Part shown: positions 23,780-32,851 of the stretch, piece after piece | How the letters are laid out: the number at the start of each line of letters is the position of its first letter | Position numbering within the stretch: the first letter of the stretch is position 1 | Virus record (IMG/VR): IMGVR_UViG_3300048597_000457 | Coordinates: 1-64,000 of that record | Direction: 5' to 3' (one strand) | DNA length: 64,000 nt | Source of the DNA: a virus | Notes under the pieces: generated by a model | What the model saw: the letters and a program-made list of their open reading frames with translations, nothing else | What the model was told of the DNA's origin: nothing | Database searches by the model: none | Program-made: the position numbers and the translations under genes

Positions 23780-26359
23780 TTATTCAGATAGGACAGGGAC
23801 GACACTCGGCGCGTCCAGCAGATCGAAGAGCGAAGGGGTCGAGCGCTTCTCATCGGCGGCCTGCAGGTGCCACACGCCATCATGCCAGTAGGGCTCCGAG
23901 AGTTCGATGCCGAAGCCGCGTCGCTGCAACGCCACCGCGCGCAGCGGCACGGTCATCAGCCCGCCAAACGGGTCGAGCACCACGTCACCGGGGTTCGAGA
24001 ACCGTCCGATGAGGCGATCGACGATATCAAACTGCAGCGGGCAAATGTGCATTTCCTTGCCCGCCGCATACTGCGCCCCGTTGAGCGTGCGCATGCGGGT
24101 GACATCGGTCCACACATCGTCGAGATGACTCGTCGGCTGCAGCAGCATGAACGACGGTGGCAGTTGGCCGGCGCGGTCACGCGCCTCCGCGATCGCCACA
24201 GTATGGTCGTGATCGTACACCGTCGTCTCGGAGTACTCGCGAAAGCGCTGGAAGGCATCGCCCGCGGCGACGCCGACCAGATCGTCCGGTGTCAGCAGTC
24301 GGTTGCCACTGGAGCGCCACATCCCATGGGCGTCAAACTGCCAGCGCGCGCGCGAGTACTCCGCCTTGTCTTTCGTGACCCGGACGTCGGCATAGCCGTT
24401 GCTCGCGTCGGTCGGTGGCTTTCGGAACAGGAGCACATACTCCGGCAGGCCGACCGACATCTTCGCCCCGTCCTTGCATTGCTCCGACCACCCCAGCCGA
24501 TACGTCTGCGCGTTCTCACGCACGACGTCGGTCACGACGGTGATCATGCCCATGTACGCGAACCCATGCCGACGATAGTGCAAGATCGCATCCGCATGGA
24601 ACGGGGACACCGTCTGGAAGCTCCACTTGTCGAGACCGCCCGGCCGAATTCGGTCCTTGACGTGCACCGCGAGTACTCGACCAGGTTGGAGGACTCTCAG
24701 CAGCTCCGGTGCCAGAAAGTCCATCTGCTGCCAGAAGTGGGTGTCGTCGTCGGTGTGCCCGAAATCGTTGTAGCTCGGCGAGTACTCGTACTGCGTGCCG
24801 AAGGGAATGCTGGTGACGATCAGCCCCACGCTATCGGTCGCCATCTGCGCCGTCTCTACCACACAGTCATTGCGCACGGCCGTCCACCCGTCTCCGGTCG
24901 CGACGTCGCGCGTGACCCCGATCGAGCGCACGAGCTTCTGTCGCGCGTCCACGGAGTTGAGGCCATATTCGCGGATGATCTCGCTCATCCGGGCCATCAT
25001 CGCATCGTGGTTCCGCCACTTGGTTTCGAGCACGCGACGGACACCCGCCTCCGCATCGGCGAAGATGATGTCGATCGTCACCTCGCCCGGCTGCAAGTAG
25101 CGCCATACGCGGTGAATGGCTTGGATGAACTCATTGAACTTGAAGCCGATCCCCGCGAAGATCGCCCAGTGGCAGTGCCGCTGAAAGTTCACCCCGCTGC
25201 CTAACATCACGGGCTTGGCCGCGATGCGTGCCACCTGCCCATCGGCAAACGCGCGGATGTGCGCCTCGCGTTCGTCGAGGTCCTGTGAGCCGTAAACCGT
25301 GACGACACCGGGGATCTGCGCCTCGATCGCCCGACGCTCATCCTCGAGATCGTGCCAGACAATCACGTGATCGTCGGGACGCGATTCAATCAGCTCGGCC
25401 ACCTTGCCAATGCGCGCGTCCAGCGTCGATCGCTTCACCGCCGCGGAGTCCTGCACGCCGATCGCGGCATCGCGCAGGAGTTTCCCCTGTCCATCCCGTT
25501 CGGTACCGGCGCTGGAATGATCCGCGGCGACGGTGTGCCAGTTGACCGTCAGCGGCGGCAACTCATAGCCGTCGGCCGGAAATCCAAGATCGGCCGGCGA
25601 CTGCAGGAATACCGCCCACGTGTTCACCCAATACCAGAACTCTTGCTCCTTGTGGGGATACAGCGTCAGCTGGTCGGCTTTCTCGCTGTTGCGCTGGAAG
25701 AATCGGGTCTTCACTTCCCCGACGTCCATCACGCCGAGAAAGGCGGCATAGGCCGCGATCTCGATGTAATCGTTCGGCGCCGGCGTCGCCGTGGCCACGA
25801 AGCGGAATGGGATGCCGTCGGTGCGGATGCCACTCTCGCGATCATCACCCGCCAGGGTCGCCATGAAGGTCCGGAAGGTCTTGGTCCCGCCAAAGCCGCG
25901 CAGAATCGAGGCCTCGTCGAGCGCGACGGCGGTGAGTCCGGTGACATCGATCTTCCCCTCACGCACGCTCTCGTAGTTGGTCAGATACAACCCCGGCGCC
26001 GACATCTCGGCGGTCGTGCGAACGAACGTGAGTGCGGTGTCGATCATCGCCGCGTCGCGCAAGAATTCCTGCCGCACGCCGAGCGGCGCGATGATCAGCC
26101 CGCGCGCGTCGGGGACCGTCGCCAGCGTCAGGCGCATCGCCTCGAGCGTCATGATGGTCTTGCCAAGGCCAAACTTGGCAAAGATCGCGCGACGGCCACC
26201 ACGGACGGCCCATTCGATGATGGCGCGCTGGTGCGGCTTGCAGAGCGGGTGCACATCGCCCGGCGTGATCGGACGGCCACGCTCCGACTCGCGGAGTACT
26301 TTCGCCTCCAGGAACGCGCGGTAGTCGGTCAGCATCGATCGTGAATTGGTGGAGATCAT
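23780..26359 (-). CDS. SNF2/DEAD-like helicase fused to an N6A/N4C DNA methyltransferase
   Basis: The N-terminal half has helicase motifs (FAKFGLGKT; AVALDEAS; ...TATP). The C-terminal half has VTSIPFG (the (D/S)PP(Y/F)-type catalytic motif) and VLDPFGGLMTV (SAM-binding FxGxG). Confidence 0.75.
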   Translation of the reverse strand: MISTNSRSMLTDYRAFLEAKVLRESERGRPITPGDVHPLCKPHQRAIIEWAVRGGRRAIFAKFGLGKTIMTLEAMRLTLATVPDARGLIIAPLGVRQEFLRDAAMIDTALTFVRTTAEMSAPGLYLTNYESVREGKIDVTGLTAVALDEASILRGFGGTKTFRTFMATLAGDDRESGIRTDGIPFRFVATATPAPNDYIEIAAYAAFLGVMDVGEVKTRFFQRNSEKADQLTLYPHKEQEFWYWVNTWAVFLQSPADLGFPADGYELPPLTVNWHTVAADHSSAGTERDGQGKLLRDAAIGVQDSAAVKRSTLDARIGKVAELIESRPDDHVIVWHDLEDERRAIEAQIPGVVTVYGSQDLDEREAHIRAFADGQVARIAAKPVMLGSGVNFQRHCHWAIFAGIGFKFNEFIQAIHRVWRYLQPGEVTIDIIFADAEAGVRRVLETKWRNHDAMMARMSEIIREYGLNSVDARQKLVRSIGVTRDVATGDGWTAVRNDCVVETAQMATDSVGLIVTSIPFGTQYEYSPSYNDFGHTDDDTHFWQQMDFLAPELLRVLQPGRVLAVHVKDRIRPGGLDKWSFQTVSPFHADAILHYRRHGFAYMGMITVVTDVVRENAQTYRLGWSEQCKDGAKMSVGLPEYVLLFRKPPTDASNGYADVRVTKDKAEYSRARWQFDAHGMWRSSGNRLLTPDDLVGVAAGDAFQRFREYSETTVYDHDHTVAIAEARDRAGQLPPSFMLLQPTSHLDDVWTDVTRMRTLNGAQYAAGKEMHICPLQFDIVDRLIGRFSNPGDVVLDPFGGLMTVPLRAVALQRRGFGIELSEPYWHDGVWHLQAADEKRSTPSLFDLLDAPSVVPVLSE

Positions 26360-28011
26360 GCGACGCGCTCATCAGCCGCGAGCTCGCCAACGTTGGCCCG
26401 CACGATCGCTGCTGCGACGGGTGGGCAAACGGAGTTGCCGCACATGCGGACTTGTGCCGTCTTCGTCATCGGTCCGGTCTTTTTTGTGGTGGGATTGGTG
26501 AAGGGAATGTCGATCGTGTACGTGTCTGGGAACCCCTGCGCGCGGTACAGCTCACGTGGCGCAAGCATGCGCATACCGATATCGCTGATGGCGTAGTCCT
26601 GCCCGTCGACGGTCACGAGCCCAAACCGTTCCTTGCTGGTCACGGTGCGCACGGGATCGAACAGCGACCCGCCGTCTTTCTCGTTCCCGTAGTACGCCAC
26701 GAGGAACGCGCGCACCTCGGCATGATGGGTGCCGCCGGCCGAGATCGTGCGCAGGGGCGCGTCGAGTGGGTCGCCGTGTTGGTGCGACGGATCGCCACCG
26801 CGCAGCGCCACGAGAGACGACGCCACCACGGCGTTGTGATCGGTCGAGGTGACGGTCGGCAGCGGGTCGAACAGTGACGCGGCCTGCACCTCGCCGGGCT
26901 TGCGTTCGCCGTAGTGCTTCGCGAGGAATGCGGACACGAGGCCAAAACGATTCGAGGTGTCCTGCACGGCGAGCGGCGTGTCCAGCTCACGTGCGCGATC
27001 GTCGCCCGGTCGCCTCGGTGAGTGATACTCCGCCAGCGTCGGCGCGACCAGCGCGAACCCTGGCGCCGCCGTGATGGTGCGGACGGGTTCGTCCGGGCCC
27101 CACACATTCGGTCCCCGACCCGTCGTCTTGCCGTTGGCCGTGTTCACGATGGTCGGCGCCACCAGTGCGAACCCGCCACCCTTCGGATGCGCGGTCACCG
27201 TCCGCATCGGTCGATCGATCGAGATGGGCGCATCCCCAGACGACGCGTTCTGCACCTGCACGATGAACGGCCGCTGGCTTTCGAGCACGTATCGGCGCAG
27301 CCCGGCCGCAACGCGCTTCAGGGTGTTCACGGCCAGCGGCCGCTTGCGCTCGAAGATGCTCGGGCACGGAATCGACCAGTCGATGCACTCGGCCGCGGTC
27401 CGCCACGGCAACGGGCGGTTCGGCCCATGCGTCGGCGCCGGCCACACAATCGGCTGCCCATCACATCGCGCGATCAGGAAGAGTCGACGACGAATCGTCG
27501 GCGCCCCGTAGTCGCAGGCGCGGAGCATCTTGTGATCGACGACGTACCCGAGTCGTTCAAGACGACGCTTGAACGACCGGAAATGCTTCCCCTTGCGATC
27601 TGGGCATGGCCGCTGCGTGTCCGCCAACACCGGGCCCCACGTGGTAAACTCTTCGACATTCTCCAGGACGATCACGCGCGGCTTGACTGCTGCGGCCCAG
27701 CGAACGGCGACCCAGGCGAGGCCACGCACGCGCTTCGACACCGGCTTGCCGCCCTTCGCCTTCGAGAAGTGACGGCAATCGGGACTGAGCCACATCAAGC
27801 CAACCGGTCGACCCTTCGTCGCCTCGTGCGGATCAACCTTCCACACGTCTTCCCGGTAGTGCTTCGAGTGGGCGTGATTCGCCTCGTGCAAGGCGATCGC
27901 TTCAGCGTCATGGTTGATGGCCACGTCTGGCGACCGGCCGAGCGCCAACTCGATACCGAGCGACGCGCCGCCACCGCCGGCGAACGAGTCGATGATTATC
28001 TCGGCGCTCAC
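26356..28011 (-). CDS. DNA (cytosine-5)-methyltransferase with an unusually long, internally repetitive target-recognition region
   Basis: Motif I is IDSFAGGGG, motif IV is LSPDCRHFS, motif VI is ENV, then QGFP and GNSV. About 260 aa lie between motif VIII and QGFP and hold six P-x-(R/P/A)-(T/V)-x-(T/S/D)...(A/G)LV-type segments. Confidence 0.85.
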   Translation of the reverse strand: MSAEIIIDSFAGGGGASLGIELALGRSPDVAINHDAEAIALHEANHAHSKHYREDVWKVDPHEATKGRPVGLMWLSPDCRHFSKAKGGKPVSKRVRGLAWVAVRWAAAVKPRVIVLENVEEFTTWGPVLADTQRPCPDRKGKHFRSFKRRLERLGYVVDHKMLRACDYGAPTIRRRLFLIARCDGQPIVWPAPTHGPNRPLPWRTAAECIDWSIPCPSIFERKRPLAVNTLKRVAAGLRRYVLESQRPFIVQVQNASSGDAPISIDRPMRTVTAHPKGGGFALVAPTIVNTANGKTTGRGPNVWGPDEPVRTITAAPGFALVAPTLAEYHSPRRPGDDRARELDTPLAVQDTSNRFGLVSAFLAKHYGERKPGEVQAASLFDPLPTVTSTDHNAVVASSLVALRGGDPSHQHGDPLDAPLRTISAGGTHHAEVRAFLVAYYGNEKDGGSLFDPVRTVTSKERFGLVTVDGQDYAISDIGMRMLAPRELYRAQGFPDTYTIDIPFTNPTTKKTGPMTKTAQVRMCGNSVCPPVAAAIVRANVGELAADERVA

Positions 28012-28580
28012 AGCAGGGTCTCCATGGGCGCTGCTTCCGCGGTAATCGCTCCGCGGCCGAGCATGTCACGCGCCCACGCGGGGAGGTCGCGATCCTCGAT
28101 CCAGCCCCACTTCGCCGTGCGATCGTAGAGGCGCTCCATCTCGCGATCGCTGATGCCGATGGAGCCGACACCCGGCACAGCGAACGCAATCGCATGATGG
28201 GCATCCCACTGACCGGCGGCGTCCTTGGGACCCTCGCGCTCGAACCAGAACGCGCGCGCGCCAGGCCATCGCTCTTTCTTGGACGCCAGAGAGTGGCTCG
28301 GCGCCTTCGCGCGAAACTCTTCGGCGTCGATCCCCCGCGCGAACAATCCGAACGAGGCCGGCGACGCGATCTCGGTCTTGTTCGCGACCCATCGCTGCGC
28401 GGCTTCTGGGATCGCCTCGAGCGTGACCCCGAGCAGCGCGCGGGCGTAGTCGGCGATATAGGCGTCGGCGGCTTCCGAATCTTCGGACGCCAGTTTGAAG
28501 ATCGCCGGCTTGTGTCGCGCAAAAACCTTCAGGGCCTCGCGCGTCGCGGTCGCGAGCGCCTTACCAGGAATAAACGTCAC
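28008..28580 (-). CDS. hypothetical protein
   Basis: 190 aa from GTG 28580 (GTGA overlap with the upstream stop at 28577). Confidence 0.5.
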   Translation of the reverse strand: MTFIPGKALATATREALKVFARHKPAIFKLASEDSEAADAYIADYARALLGVTLEAIPEAAQRWVANKTEIASPASFGLFARGIDAEEFRAKAPSHSLASKKERWPGARAFWFEREGPKDAAGQWDAHHAIAFAVPGVGSIGISDREMERLYDRTAKWGWIEDRDLPAWARDMLGRGAITAEAAPMETLL

Positions 28581-30097
28581 GTGGTAGCTCCCGTCGTGGC
28601 ACCTGTCGTCTCGGGCATCGCGAAGTCGATGCCCTTTTCTCGACAGAACTCGATCCATTCCGCCGCGCCGCGTCGGGCGTAGCGAATGGCCTCTCCCACC
28701 TCCGCGGCGGTCATGCCGGGCGGCAGGACGCGCTGGCTGTCGGCCGCGCTCGCCGGCCCAGACGCCGGGGCGCTCTGCCGTCGGCGTTCGGCTTTCTCGA
28801 CGAAGATCAGCACGACCTGCGGCGTGATTTTCTGCCCGTCGTCGCCGTCGAGCAGCTCGTGAATCCCCTCGTCGATCGCCTCCCACGAGACCGGCCGCAT
28901 GCCGCTGGTGCTGAGGCCTTGGTGCCAGCCGACCATCCGGCTGACCAAGCGTGGCCAGCGCTCGGACGGGGTCCCGAGCTCGTCGAGCAGTCGACGAATC
29001 GCCGCCCTCGCCCCGGGGTGGGGCACCGACGCGACGGCCTCGTCGAGGCTCGCCGCGAACTGCGCTCGTCGGGCGAGCATCACGGGGTCGGTGATGCCCT
29101 GCTGGGCGACGACGGGGTCGGCGACGGCCAGAGGGTGCGCTTCTGGCACGGCCGGTGGCGCGCCGGCCGACGGGATCGGCAGGTCGGGTGGCGGTGCGGT
29201 TCGCGGTTCGGGGGACGCTGGCGTCCCCCCGCTGTTCGGCGGCGGAGGGGGCCCACCACCGCCAGGTGGTGGGGGAGGAAAAGCAGTAGCAACAGCAACA
29301 GCAGATGAAGGGGGTATACCGAAGGGTATGCCCGAGGGTATCAGATTGGGTATCCGCGCAGGTATAGAGGGTATGTGTGAGGGTATCTGTGCAGGTATTG
29401 CGTTTTGTTCTGTTGAGGGTATCGACGACCTCGTGAATCTTCCGCTCTCAAACCCTTCGAAGAGCGCACCAAGGGTATCAACGCCGCAATTCGCCAGTAC
29501 ATCAGCTACGGGTATCGCTCCGCTACCTACGTCAAGATGGTGTTCCCGACAGAGCAGCATGACGTTGCCTGGCTCGTACTTTCCGTGATGGCGCCCCGAC
29601 ACGATCCTGTGCAGCTCGAGCGGAGAAGTCGCACCGCAGACCAGGCAGCCCCCGTACTTGAGTAGAAGAAAGTTGTAGAGCTGTCCATTGCGTCCTGCGC
29701 GTGCCTTCGGCGGATCAGAGCCCGGCGCGTTGCTCTGACCTCCGCCGGCTGCTGCGGCGTTGCGCTTCGCCTCGTCGCGGACCATGCGACGCGAGAATAC
29801 GGTGCCGTTCTCAGACTGAGACAGGACGCGCTTTTGGAGGAGCTCTCTCAGCAGCCGCCGATACTCGGATGCCGGGATGCCCACAGCAGCACAGGCCTCG
29901 TCGTCAGAAAGGGCTGCTCCGGCAACCGAGAGATGGCCGTACGGCTCGCCATCATGCATCACGCACATGAGCTCAATGAGGAGCCCGCGGGCTGCCACGG
30001 AGCATGTTCTGAGCGCGAGATCTCGACGCCAGTCGCCTGGATAGAACTGGAATGATGGCCGCTTTTGCTTATCGGCCAGACCGTGACCGCTGCTCAT
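28577..30097 (-). CDS. DUF1376 (YdaU-like) replication-associated protein with HNH nuclease motif and an Ile-Pro repeat linker
   Basis: The N-terminus PSFQFYPGDWRRDLALRTCSVAARGLLIELMCVMH is the DUF1376 signature. CLVCG...LELHRIV...GNVMLLCREHH is an HNH motif. The central IPAQIPSHIPSIPARIPNLIPSGIPFGIPP and a poly-Pro tract follow. Confidence 0.65.
   Translation of the reverse strand: MSSGHGLADKQKRPSFQFYPGDWRRDLALRTCSVAARGLLIELMCVMHDGEPYGHLSVAGAALSDDEACAAVGIPASEYRRLLRELLQKRVLSQSENGTVFSRRMVRDEAKRNAAAAGGGQSNAPGSDPPKARAGRNGQLYNFLLLKYGGCLVCGATSPLELHRIVSGRHHGKYEPGNVMLLCREHHLDVGSGAIPVADVLANCGVDTLGALFEGFESGRFTRSSIPSTEQNAIPAQIPSHIPSIPARIPNLIPSGIPFGIPPSSAVAVATAFPPPPPGGGGPPPPPNSGGTPASPEPRTAPPPDLPIPSAGAPPAVPEAHPLAVADPVVAQQGITDPVMLARRAQFAASLDEAVASVPHPGARAAIRRLLDELGTPSERWPRLVSRMVGWHQGLSTSGMRPVSWEAIDEGIHELLDGDDGQKITPQVVLIFVEKAERRRQSAPASGPASAADSQRVLPPGMTAAEVGEAIRYARRGAAEWIEFCREKGIDFAMPETTGATTGATT
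29135..29150 (+). promoter_or_regulatory. conserved motif copy 9 (inverted, intragenic): GTGCGCTTCTGGCACG on the plus strand
   Basis: Inside the DUF1376 gene (codons A316-H321), 160 nt from the iteron array. Confidence 0.3.
29312..29422. repeat. iteron-like array: nine GGGTAT(C/G/A) boxes, mostly at exact 12-bp spacing
   Basis: GGTAT starts at 29313, 29325, 29337, 29349, 29361, 29370, 29382, 29394 and 29418, with outliers at 29474 and 29511. An AT-richer patch (GTATTGCGTTTTGTTCTGTTG) lies within the array. Confidence 0.7.
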
Positions 30098-30339
30098 AGA
30101 TCGTCGATCAGGTACACATCCCGAAACATCTCGGCGCGGAACCAGTCATCCGCGTTGGTGCCCCGATGCGCCAGCGCGTTCGCCACGGAGAGTTCGCGCC
30201 GCAGTAGTAGAATCTCTTTGAGCAGACGGTCCTGCTCGGCACCCTCGAATTCTTTCCGGACCAACGGGAGATAGTGAAGCACATGTGCTTCCTTCTCCTC
30301 ATCGGACGGCTTGTCAGCGGCGAGGTCCCTATCCGTCAC
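30094..30339 (-). CDS. hypothetical protein
   Basis: 81 aa from GTG 30339, preceded by GGAGG plus a 5-nt spacer. The longer ORF in the track starts inside motif copy 4 and is unlikely. Confidence 0.5.
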   Translation of the reverse strand: MTDRDLAADKPSDEEKEAHVLHYLPLVRKEFEGAEQDRLLKEILLLRRELSVANALAHRGTNADDWFRAEMFRDVYLIDDL

Positions 30340-30490
30340 AGCTACCTCCGAACAGCAAAAGCGCCCCGGACCCTCGGTGAGCCCCCCTCCCAACGCGAAA
30401 GCGTCGAAAAGGGCCGAGGGTCGCGGGGCGCCGATGGCGACACGGACAGATCCAGTGGGCTCAGAACCGGACGGGCGAACGTATGATGAT

Positions 30491-30507
30491 CGTGCCAAAA
30501 GCGCAAG
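30491..30507 (-). promoter_or_regulatory. conserved motif copy 4 (gene-sense): CTTGCGCTTTTGGCACG
   Basis: 12 nt after the stop of 30520..31008. Followed by ATCAT-CATACG. About 150 nt upstream of GTG 30339. Confidence 0.5.
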
Positions 30508-30519
30508 AACGGTCTCTCT

Positions 30520-31008
30520 TTACGCATCATCGCGCAGCGCGTCCAGCGGCACACAGATCGGCGCCCAGTGGGATTCGTTCGCGTGGAGCGCGTGCAGCGG
30601 GTGCACCAAGCCCAATCGGATCAGGTCATCGCGGATCTGCGTTGGCGTGACCGGCCGACCGCGGCGCGGGGCCGTCGACTGCAGTGCGATCAGCACGCAG
30701 CGAAGCGCCACGTCGTTGCTGACGGCGGCGCCATGGTACACCGCCTGCTCGGCGATCAACAGGATCGCGCGCTGCGCAGCGTCGCCGAGCTCCGGCCAGT
30801 GTGGGTGAGCGGTGAGGGCGGACTCGCAGGCGGTGGTGAGACGGTCTCGCAACTGGCGCAGCGCGACCACCCGCCGATTCTTTCGATAGAGTGCTTCCTC
30901 CTGCTCATCGAAGGCCGTCAGGTCGGCGGCCCGCGCCTCTTGCCGGATAAAGGCAATGGACGCCTCGAGGATCGCCGCATCGTCGACGGCACCTGGCAGC
31001 TCGCTCAT
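30520..31008 (-). CDS. hypothetical protein coupled to the integrase gene
   Basis: 162 aa from ATG 31008 (ATGA overlap with the recombinase stop). Confidence 0.5.
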   Translation of the reverse strand: MSELPGAVDDAAILEASIAFIRQEARAADLTAFDEQEEALYRKNRRVVALRQLRDRLTTACESALTAHPHWPELGDAAQRAILLIAEQAVYHGAAVSNDVALRCVLIALQSTAPRRGRPVTPTQIRDDLIRLGLVHPLHALHANESHWAPICVPLDALRDDA

Positions 31009-32651
31009 GCCGCTCGCCCCACCTTGACGCACACCAGCACCGTTTGCTGGTGGCTGACAATGTCCCGCTCGTCAGCCACCGTCAAAACGCCGGCCATCGT
31101 CCGCAGTCGCAGCGTGAGGGTGCGTGCCGCTTTGTCGAACACCATGTGATCGACCCACGGACGCAGTAGCGCCCGCAGCTCGGGTCCCGTCGCCATCGCA
31201 CACCGGGCCACCAAGTCGCGACCCAACGCCACCAGGCGATCCAGCTGGGCGCGTGTCGACGCGACGCTGGTCTCCGCCGCCGGCGCGGCGTCCAGCGCCT
31301 CGAGCTCGGCGCGAATGGCATCCAGCCGGGGCTTCGCTTCCGCTGCCGATAGCGCCCCGCTTTCAATCGCACCCACCAAGCGCTGGCGACGCGTCTCCGC
31401 GCCCGTCCGCACCTTCCGGAGATCACGGGCGGGTCGCACGTCACGCGCCTGTACCCGCGCTGCGAAGGCCTGCTGAATCGCGGCGGGTGAGACCTCCGCG
31501 AGCACGTGCGCCCCGACGGCGCGAATCACCGCCGACTCCAGCAGGTGGGTCGTCACGCACGCGGCGCGCGGTGGACAGGCCCGTTCACGCCCCAACTGAC
31601 ACACGTAGAACCGTGAACGTCCTCCGGCCGCCAACCGGCTCCCAAGTCCGCCCCCCATCAACACGGACCCGCAGGTCGCACAGGTGACGAGCCCACGCAC
31701 CCGATAGTCCGCCACATCCCCGCGGACTGGCGTTTGCCGGAGCTGCTGCTGGACCTGGTCGAAGATGTCGCGATCGACGAGCGGCGCGTGGGCATCCCAC
31801 ACCACGTACTCGGGCGTATGGCGCCGATAGTCGCCGCGCTCCATACGCACCGCCGTCCGCCGGCGCGCGGGGATGGCGCCGATGTAGGCATGATTCTCGA
31901 GCAGATTCCGCAGCGTCGCCACGTGCCACGGCTGCCGACCCTGTCGCGCGGCGGGCTGGGCGTTCATCCAGCGGCACAACGCGCGCATCGAATAGGCGCC
32001 CGAGGCATAGCGCGCAAACACCTCGCGCACCATCGCCACCTCGTCCTCTGGCCCGGGGACCAGTTTGATCTTCTCGCCGCGCGCCTTTGGCACGCCATGG
32101 TCGAGCACGCGCGCTTGCGCGGTGGGATACACCACGGCGCGACGATACGCGAACGGCGCGCGCGTCGCCCAGAACCCTTGTCGCGTCGTGCCAATGCGGC
32201 CGCGGGTGGAGTTGGCGCGCAGATTTGCCCGATACTTGCTGGCTTCCGCGCCGCCCACCGCGCGCATGATGTGCCGAATCGAGCGATCCTCGATCTCATC
32301 CCCTTCGGCAAAGCGTACGATCCATCCGTGGGCCTTGAGATGGAACCGCAGAGACGGGGCCTCGTCGGGGTCATCGAAGCGCCCGAATCGACTGTCGTTC
32401 AGCACCAGGACGTGCCCCGGCGCGTCAGGCCGCTGGGGGTGCTGCGCGCAGTAGTCCAACAGCGCGCGAAATCCAGGACGCTTGGCGACGGTAGCGCCGC
32501 TGAGTCCCGCGTCCTCAAACACGGTGCCGAGTGTGACCCGGAGGCGATCGGCCAGCGCCACGATCGCGGCACGCTGGTCTGCGAGCGACGTCTGGAATTC
32601 GCCCGCCTGCTGTTCGGACGAGACCCGCACGTAACCAATGGCGAGCGACAT
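31005..32651 (-). CDS. large serine recombinase (phage integrase type)
   Basis: MSLAIGYVRVSSEQQ... (catalytic Ser in the resolvase domain), a recombinase domain, and a Zn-ribbon CATCGS...YVCQ; 548 aa. Confidence 0.9.
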   Translation of the reverse strand: MSLAIGYVRVSSEQQAGEFQTSLADQRAAIVALADRLRVTLGTVFEDAGLSGATVAKRPGFRALLDYCAQHPQRPDAPGHVLVLNDSRFGRFDDPDEAPSLRFHLKAHGWIVRFAEGDEIEDRSIRHIMRAVGGAEASKYRANLRANSTRGRIGTTRQGFWATRAPFAYRRAVVYPTAQARVLDHGVPKARGEKIKLVPGPEDEVAMVREVFARYASGAYSMRALCRWMNAQPAARQGRQPWHVATLRNLLENHAYIGAIPARRRTAVRMERGDYRRHTPEYVVWDAHAPLVDRDIFDQVQQQLRQTPVRGDVADYRVRGLVTCATCGSVLMGGGLGSRLAAGGRSRFYVCQLGRERACPPRAACVTTHLLESAVIRAVGAHVLAEVSPAAIQQAFAARVQARDVRPARDLRKVRTGAETRRQRLVGAIESGALSAAEAKPRLDAIRAELEALDAAPAAETSVASTRAQLDRLVALGRDLVARCAMATGPELRALLRPWVDHMVFDKAARTLTLRLRTMAGVLTVADERDIVSHQQTVLVCVKVGRAA

Positions 32652-32659
32652 GGGGGAGT

Positions 32660-32851
32660 TCAGGCGACCAGGTTCATCGGAGGGGCGCCCTGATCCGCGC
32701 GCAGCGCGAGCGCAAACAGGACGTCAAAAAAGGGATCTAACGCGACGACGGCGGGAATGGTCTCTACCGCGGTTTCGATCGTGGCCGGGCGATTGGTGGC
32801 GGTCGTCGTCGCCACAGCCGGCCGCCGACGATGCTTCGAAGTATGTGCCAT
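32660..32851 (-). CDS. hypothetical small protein
   Basis: 63-aa ORF with an ATG start between the exonuclease and integrase genes. Weak support. Confidence 0.3.
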   Translation of the reverse strand: MAHTSKHRRRPAVATTTATNRPATIETAVETIPAVVALDPFFDVLFALALRADQGAPPMNLVA

